This document shows, one piece after another, positions 59,458 through 64,000 of a DNA stretch of 64,000 nt. Every line of letters begins with the position of its first letter. Positions within the stretch are counted from its first letter, which is position 1. A program made the position numbers and the translations under genes. The notes under the pieces were generated by a model that worked only from the letters and a program-made list of their open reading frames with translations, was not told the origin of the DNA and searched no databases. This DNA is from Alphaproteobacteria bacterium (GTDB taxonomy: Bacteria; Pseudomonadota; Alphaproteobacteria; Bin95), in assembly GCA_963665325.3 (NCBI GenBank), contig CAXXWS020000003.1, positions 416,001-480,000 of the forward strand, given 5' to 3'.

Positions 59458-60335
59458 TGGCCTGGCCGGTCGCGGCTGAAATCGGGCCGCGGCGGCGGGT
59501 AGGCATATTCGTCACCCGATTTGTCCTTGCCGCCCGACAAGTACATCTCGGTGCCGCTGTCGATCTCGAAGGCCCGGCGCTGACGGTAAAGCGTGCGGAT
59601 GAAGGCATAGTAGTCGAGCGAGTTCGCCTTGAAATCGTCGAGCGTTTCCAGGTTGCGGTAGCGGAAATCGAGGGTTGCGGCACCTGCGCGGACCAGCGGC
59701 ATATGGTCGAGATCCGCCCTGCGGAATGCGATATCGACAGGATCCGCCACGCCCTGGACGAGCAGGCCGGCGGCATCGCGAACATTCGAGGGTCCGGCAA
59801 TCGGCAATACCAGATACGGGCCGTCGCCGACGCCCCATGCGGCAAGCGTGCTCCCGAAATCCGTGCTGCGGTGGGGAAGCCCCTGTTTTTCGGCAACATC
59901 GTACAGGCCGGCGAAACCGACCATCGTGTTGATAACGAACCGCTGCGCCGTATCGCCGGATCGTTTCCACTCGCCCTGGGCGACATCGTTGACGAAAGTA
60001 AAGGGCAGCGACAGGTGGCGCACAACATTGCGGACGCCCCTCCGGACCGCGCCTGGCACCACTGCGCCATAGACGACGGCGGCGGGGCGCAGAATTATCG
60101 TATCCAGTGCTTCGTTGATCGCGAAGACCAGCCGGTTCAGCGGCTCCAGCGGATCGCTGAACACCACTTCCTGCGGTTCCTCACCGGCACTGGACGGCAG
60201 CGGCGCGGCGACGGAAAGCAGGCAGGCCAGAAAGATCGCAACCGCCAGGCTGCGCAGCCGCCAGACCGGGGCTGGGGGCTCGTCCACAACAAGGCCTCGG
60301 TCTGCGCCGGGCGTTTGCTCGAAACCCTCTCGCAT
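59454..60335 (-). CDS. mlaA: MlaA/VacJ family protein
   Basis: DPLEPLNR..FAIN, RFVINT.VG.AGL.DVA, DFG.TL..WGV.DGPYLVLP..GPS..RD. Confidence 0.92.
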   Translation of the reverse strand: MREGFEQTPGADRGLVVDEPPAPVWRLRSLAVAIFLACLLSVAAPLPSSAGEEPQEVVFSDPLEPLNRLVFAINEALDTIILRPAAVVYGAVVPGAVRRGVRNVVRHLSLPFTFVNDVAQGEWKRSGDTAQRFVINTMVGFAGLYDVAEKQGLPHRSTDFGSTLAAWGVGDGPYLVLPIAGPSNVRDAAGLLVQGVADPVDIAFRRADLDHMPLVRAGAATLDFRYRNLETLDDFKANSLDYYAFIRTLYRQRRAFEIDSGTEMYLSGGKDKSGDEYAYPPPRPDFSRDRPGQ

Positions 60336-60523
60336 CTGCGTTGTCGGACCCTCGGAGAGTATCGTTGCAAGTGGTTAGCATACAAGTTTGGGCCCGGAAA
60401 CCGCGCGGCGGGCGCGCGAAGGTGACAGGGCAGTCAGGCGACCCTATAAGAGGTTTGCATCATGCAACAGCCCGCCGACACTCATCTTCCGCCGGCCGCC
60501 TGGCGCGGCCCGGAGCGTGCCTT

Positions 60524-61402
60524 GTGACGCTGGCGGTCTCCTTCGAATTCTTTCCGCCGAAGACGCCGGCAGGCGAAGGCGGCCTCCGGCGCACCCTGGA
60601 CGCCCTGTCGCCGCTCGGCCCCCGCTTCGTGTCCGTCACCTGCGGCGCCGGCGGTGGCGGGGGGACAAGCGCACACGGGCGCACCGCGGCGGTCGCGGCC
60701 CGGACTGCCCGGGAGACGGGCCTTCCCGTTGCGGCGCATCTGACCTGCGCCGGCGCGTCGCGAGAGGAGATCGACGACACCGCGAGGGCCTACTGGCAGG
60801 CGGGCATTCGCCATATCGTCGCACTGCGCGGCGATCCGCCTTCCGGCATAGGCGGGCGCTACCAACCGCATCCCGGCGGCTATGCCTATGCCCTCGATCT
60901 GGTTGCCGGGCTCCGGCGCCTGCACGACTTCGAGATCAGCGTCTCCGCCTATCCGGAAGGCCATCCCGACGCACCCGGCACCGCGTTCGAAATCGACTAC
61001 CTGAAGCGCAAGCTGGACGCTGGCGCCGCACGCGCGATCACCCAGTTTTTCTTCCAGACCGACAGCTATCTCCGCTTCCGGGACCGATGCCGCAAGGCCG
61101 GGATCGATTGCGAGATCGTCGCCGGCATCATGCCCATAGGGAAGTTCACCCAGGCAACCCGGTTCGCCCGGCTTTGCGGCGCGCGCGTGCCGGCCTGGCT
61201 CGCCGCCCAGTTCGAGGGCCTCGACGACGACCCCGAGACCCGGCGCATGGTCGCCGCCACAGTCGCTGTCGAGCAATGCCGGCGCCTGGAGGCCGAGGGT
61301 GTCGAGAGCCTCCACTTCTATACCCTGAACCGGCCCGAACTCACACGCGCGGTCTGCCATATGCTCGGCGTGCGCCCGAAACTGCGGCAGTCGGCGGCCT
61401 GA
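60524..61402 (+). CDS. metF: 5,10-methylenetetrahydrofolate reductase
   Basis: VSFEFFPPKT, AHLTC, ALRGDPP, AYPEGHP, ITQFFF, HFYTLNR; start uncertain. Confidence 0.95.
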   Translation: MTLAVSFEFFPPKTPAGEGGLRRTLDALSPLGPRFVSVTCGAGGGGGTSAHGRTAAVAARTARETGLPVAAHLTCAGASREEIDDTARAYWQAGIRHIVALRGDPPSGIGGRYQPHPGGYAYALDLVAGLRRLHDFEISVSAYPEGHPDAPGTAFEIDYLKRKLDAGAARAITQFFFQTDSYLRFRDRCRKAGIDCEIVAGIMPIGKFTQATRFARLCGARVPAWLAAQFEGLDDDPETRRMVAATVAVEQCRRLEAEGVESLHFYTLNRPELTRAVCHMLGVRPKLRQSAA

Positions 61403-61409
61403 ACTTCAG

Positions 61410-64000
61410 CTACTTCCGGGTCAGGGAAAACTCGATGCGGCGGTTGCGTCGGAAAGCCTCTCTGGTATCGGCCGGGTCCAGCGGATGGAACTCGCCAAAT
61501 CCGGTGGCGGCAAGCCGCTCGGCGGGAACGCCGGCCTCGACCAGCAGCTTGACCACCGCAATCGCCCGCGCGACCGACAGCTCCCAATTGGTCTTATAGC
61601 GGGATCTGTCGCGAAGCCGCTGCCGGTCGGTGTGGCCGTCCACGCGCAGCACCCAGTCAAGGTCTTGGGGGATGCGGGCCGCCACATCGGTCAAGGCGCT
61701 GCCGATCCGGCGCACGCGTTCCTTGCCACTCCCGTCCAGATCCGCGGAGCCGCTCAGGAACAGCACCTCGGCCGGCAGGTAGAAGCGGTCGTCTTCGGTC
61801 CGCACCAATTGTTGGCCCGCCAGCGCCTCGCGCAGCTTGCCGACGAACTCCGAGCGGAAGCGGCGCATCTCGTCGATCTTGCGCACAAGCGCGCTGTTGA
61901 GCCGGGCATCCAGAACCAGCGTCTCGGCTCCCTCCGCCTTCGCCTCCGAAGCTTCCAGCGCCGCGTTGAGCCGCTTCACCTGCTCCCTGAGCGCCTGGAT
62001 ATTGGCGGCCAGCCGCGCGACCTGGGCTTGCGCCAGCCTCGATTCGGCCGCCGCCTTCTCGGCCTGCGTCCTCAGATACGCCAATCGGTCGACCTGTTCG
62101 GCCTTCTCTGCTTCGAGCTTCTCCCTCGCTGCGGCAAGCGCCCGGTGGAGCGCTTCCAGCCGCTCGATCTCGGCGATCTGCTCGTCGATCCGCTGGCGCA
62201 GCGAAGCAATGCGGTCCTCGCTGCCGCTTTCGATGGCGTCGAGATCGGCCAATTGGTCCCTGAGGCGGGTGTTCTCGACCGCGAGCCGAACGATACGCGC
62301 TTCCGCATCGTCATAAATGCTTCTCGGCACCGTCTCCGCAGTATCGACCTCGCCGACCCCTGCGACCGTCCGTCTCAACTGCAACTCTTCGCCTTGCCGC
62401 GACAGCTCCTCGCGGGCTTCGGCAAGGCGTCGGCGCGCCTGTTCGAGCTGCTCCCTGAGCCGGGCGGTCTCCGCCAGCGCCGCTTCCCGGCGGCCTTCCG
62501 CAAGCCGCTGTTCCGCCTCGCGTTCACCGGCTGCTGCGGCCAGCGCTGCCTCAAGCCGGGCGGTTTCGTCCCGCCGCGCATCGCGTTCGGTCTCGGCCGC
62601 GCCCAGCCGCTCCGCAAGGGAGGCCGCCCGGGCCTGCGCCGCGGCCAGCGCTTCGCGAAGCCTGACAGCCTCCGCCAGCTGCGCATCGCGCTCGGCCTCG
62701 GCGCTTTCGAGGAGCCGGGCGCGAGCGGCGGCCTGCGCCCTCGCTTCCGCCAAAGCCTTCTGTAGCGCCGCAAGCTGCTCGTTCGCCGCGTCCTCGAACT
62801 GGGCGGTCGCCGACTCCAGCTGCCTGATTTCTTCCCGCCCGGCAGCCTGGCCGGCCTCGGCCTTCTTCAGGCTTTCGGCGAGGGTGACGGCCTTCGTTTC
62901 CGCCGCCGCCAGTGCTTCGGTCAACGCGTCGATCTTCTGTTGCCGGGCAAGGCGGGCAATTTCCATATCGACGAGCTGGCTCGCTAGGGTGTCGGTTTCC
63001 TTCTTCGCCGCCGCCAGCGCAGCTTCCAGGTTGGCGATAGTCGTGCGGGCGGTTTCCGCTTCCTCGGCGCGCGTCCGCCTGAGGCCCGCGATCTCCTGAT
63101 CGCCGGCAGTCAGCCCGGCTTCGGCTTCGGCGAGGAGACCGACGAGGCCCTCCGCCCTTGCCTCGGCCGCCGCAAGCGCCTGTTCCAACGCCGCGATGCG
63201 CGATACCGCCGTCTCGGACTCCTCTTCCAGCACCCGTTTGAGGCGAGCAATTTCATCCACGCCGGTCGCTCGCCGGCTCTCCGTGTCGGCCAATTGCGCG
63301 GAGAGGGACGCAGCTTCCGTCCTCGCTTCGGAAAGCGACCGCTCCAGCGATGCCACCGTTCCGGTTTCCGCCTCCAGCGCCTGCCGCAGCCGGGCGATGT
63401 CCTCCGCCCCTGCAACTCTCCGGGTCTCGGTGTCGCCGAGCTGTGTGGAGAGGGACGCAACTTCCGTCCTCGCTTCGGCCAGCGATCGCTCCAGCGATGC
63501 CGTCCTCGCGGTTTCCGCCTCAAGCGCCTGTTTGAGCCTGGCGATTTCGTCCACCGCGGCAGCCCGCCGGCTTTCCGTGTCGCCGAGCCGGGCCGAGAGG
63601 GAGGCCGCGTTCTTCCGTTCCTCCTCCAGTGTCCGCTCCAGCGTTGCCATGTCCGAGCGCGCGGTCTCAGCCTCTGCGGTCCGAGCGGCTTCCAGACGGG
63701 CGATTTCGTCCCGTCCCGCGACCCGCCGGACCTCGGTGTCGGCGAGCTCTGCGGCAAGGCGGTCGATTTCCTCCAATGCCCCGGCCAGAGCCTGCTCCAG
63801 GGTCGCAATTCGGGTCCGCGCCGCCTCCGCTTCCCCGGCGCGCGCGGCTTCCAGCCGGGCAACTTCGTCCTGCCCTGCAAGGCGTCGGCCCTCGACATCG
63901 GCAAGCCGCGCCGCCAGACGCCCGATCTCGTCCTGTGCGCCGGCCAGAACCTGTTCGAGCGCCGCAATCCGCGCACGCGCTGACTCGGCTTCCCCGGCGC
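61410..64000 (-). CDS. Long coiled-coil protein with C-terminal OmpA/MotB peptidoglycan-binding domain (5' end beyond window)
   Basis: Frame stays open to window end; C-terminal EVLF.SGSA.L, LRVDGHTD, NWELSVARA, GFGEFHP, RRNRRIE. Confidence 0.88.
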   Translation of the reverse strand, partial: AGEAESARARIAALEQVLAGAQDEIGRLAARLADVEGRRLAGQDEVARLEAARAGEAEAARTRIATLEQALAGALEEIDRLAAELADTEVRRVAGRDEIARLEAARTAEAETARSDMATLERTLEEERKNAASLSARLGDTESRRAAAVDEIARLKQALEAETARTASLERSLAEARTEVASLSTQLGDTETRRVAGAEDIARLRQALEAETGTVASLERSLSEARTEAASLSAQLADTESRRATGVDEIARLKRVLEEESETAVSRIAALEQALAAAEARAEGLVGLLAEAEAGLTAGDQEIAGLRRTRAEEAETARTTIANLEAALAAAKKETDTLASQLVDMEIARLARQQKIDALTEALAAAETKAVTLAESLKKAEAGQAAGREEIRQLESATAQFEDAANEQLAALQKALAEARAQAAARARLLESAEAERDAQLAEAVRLREALAAAQARAASLAERLGAAETERDARRDETARLEAALAAAAGEREAEQRLAEGRREAALAETARLREQLEQARRRLAEAREELSRQGEELQLRRTVAGVGEVDTAETVPRSIYDDAEARIVRLAVENTRLRDQLADLDAIESGSEDRIASLRQRIDEQIAEIERLEALHRALAAAREKLEAEKAEQVDRLAYLRTQAEKAAAESRLAQAQVARLAANIQALREQVKRLNAALEASEAKAEGAETLVLDARLNSALVRKIDEMRRFRSEFVGKLREALAGQQLVRTEDDRFYLPAEVLFLSGSADLDGSGKERVRRIGSALTDVAARIPQDLDWVLRVDGHTDRQRLRDRSRYKTNWELSVARAIAVVKLLVEAGVPAERLAATGFGEFHPLDPADTREAFRRNRRIEFSLTRK
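63150..64000 (-). repeat. Internal 147-bp (49 aa) and 159-bp (53 aa) coding repeats
   Basis: GAGAGGGACGCA.CTTCCGTCCTCGCTTCGG at 63301 and 63448; AGEAE units 53 aa apart near the window end. Confidence 0.85.

Noticed and set aside
60340-60523. SAM-type riboswitch upstream of metF
   Set aside because: No SAM-II or SAM-SAH consensus recognised by eye; needs an Infernal/Rfam scan
1-64000. oriC DnaA-box cluster, tRNA/rRNA genes, transposases, integrases or prophage
   Set aside because: None recognised on manual reading; tRNAscan-SE, Ori-Finder and ISEScan would be needed to exclude them firmly

Overview
High-GC alphaproteobacterial chromosomal region (gene content suggests Rhodospirillales-like; inference), probably close to the replication origin. 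It starts with maf-aroE-coaE-dnaQ and carries mnmG-rsmG-parA-parB with two parS palindromes. Most of it is housekeeping and metabolic genes: galU-ugd-PMM/PGM (frameshifted), class I lysS, DinG helicase, dsbD, lpxD, ispE, ETF-QO, cobT/cobS, a TRAP-TAXI transporter, mlaA/mlaC and metF. Highlights: (1) a PrdB/GrdB-like selenoprotein split by an in-frame UGA (UxxC) with a SECIS-like hairpin, coupled to a glutaredoxin and with no other Stickland reductase subunits in the window; (2) an Arg-rich uORF (MVHRLRRRRG) inside a nested stem that sequesters the RBS and start of a GNAT gene; (3) a two-copy structured intergenic element with 10-bp phased TGTCATG repeats and mini-ORFs; (4) VapBC, HicBA and a truncated PemK/MazF remnant; (5) REP-like palindromes beside orphan genes, including a low-GC trypsin-like protease; (6) a long repeat-built coiled-coil protein with a C-terminal OmpA/MotB domain. 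No rRNA, tRNA or CRISPR array was seen. Family calls are from motif recognition, not database searches.
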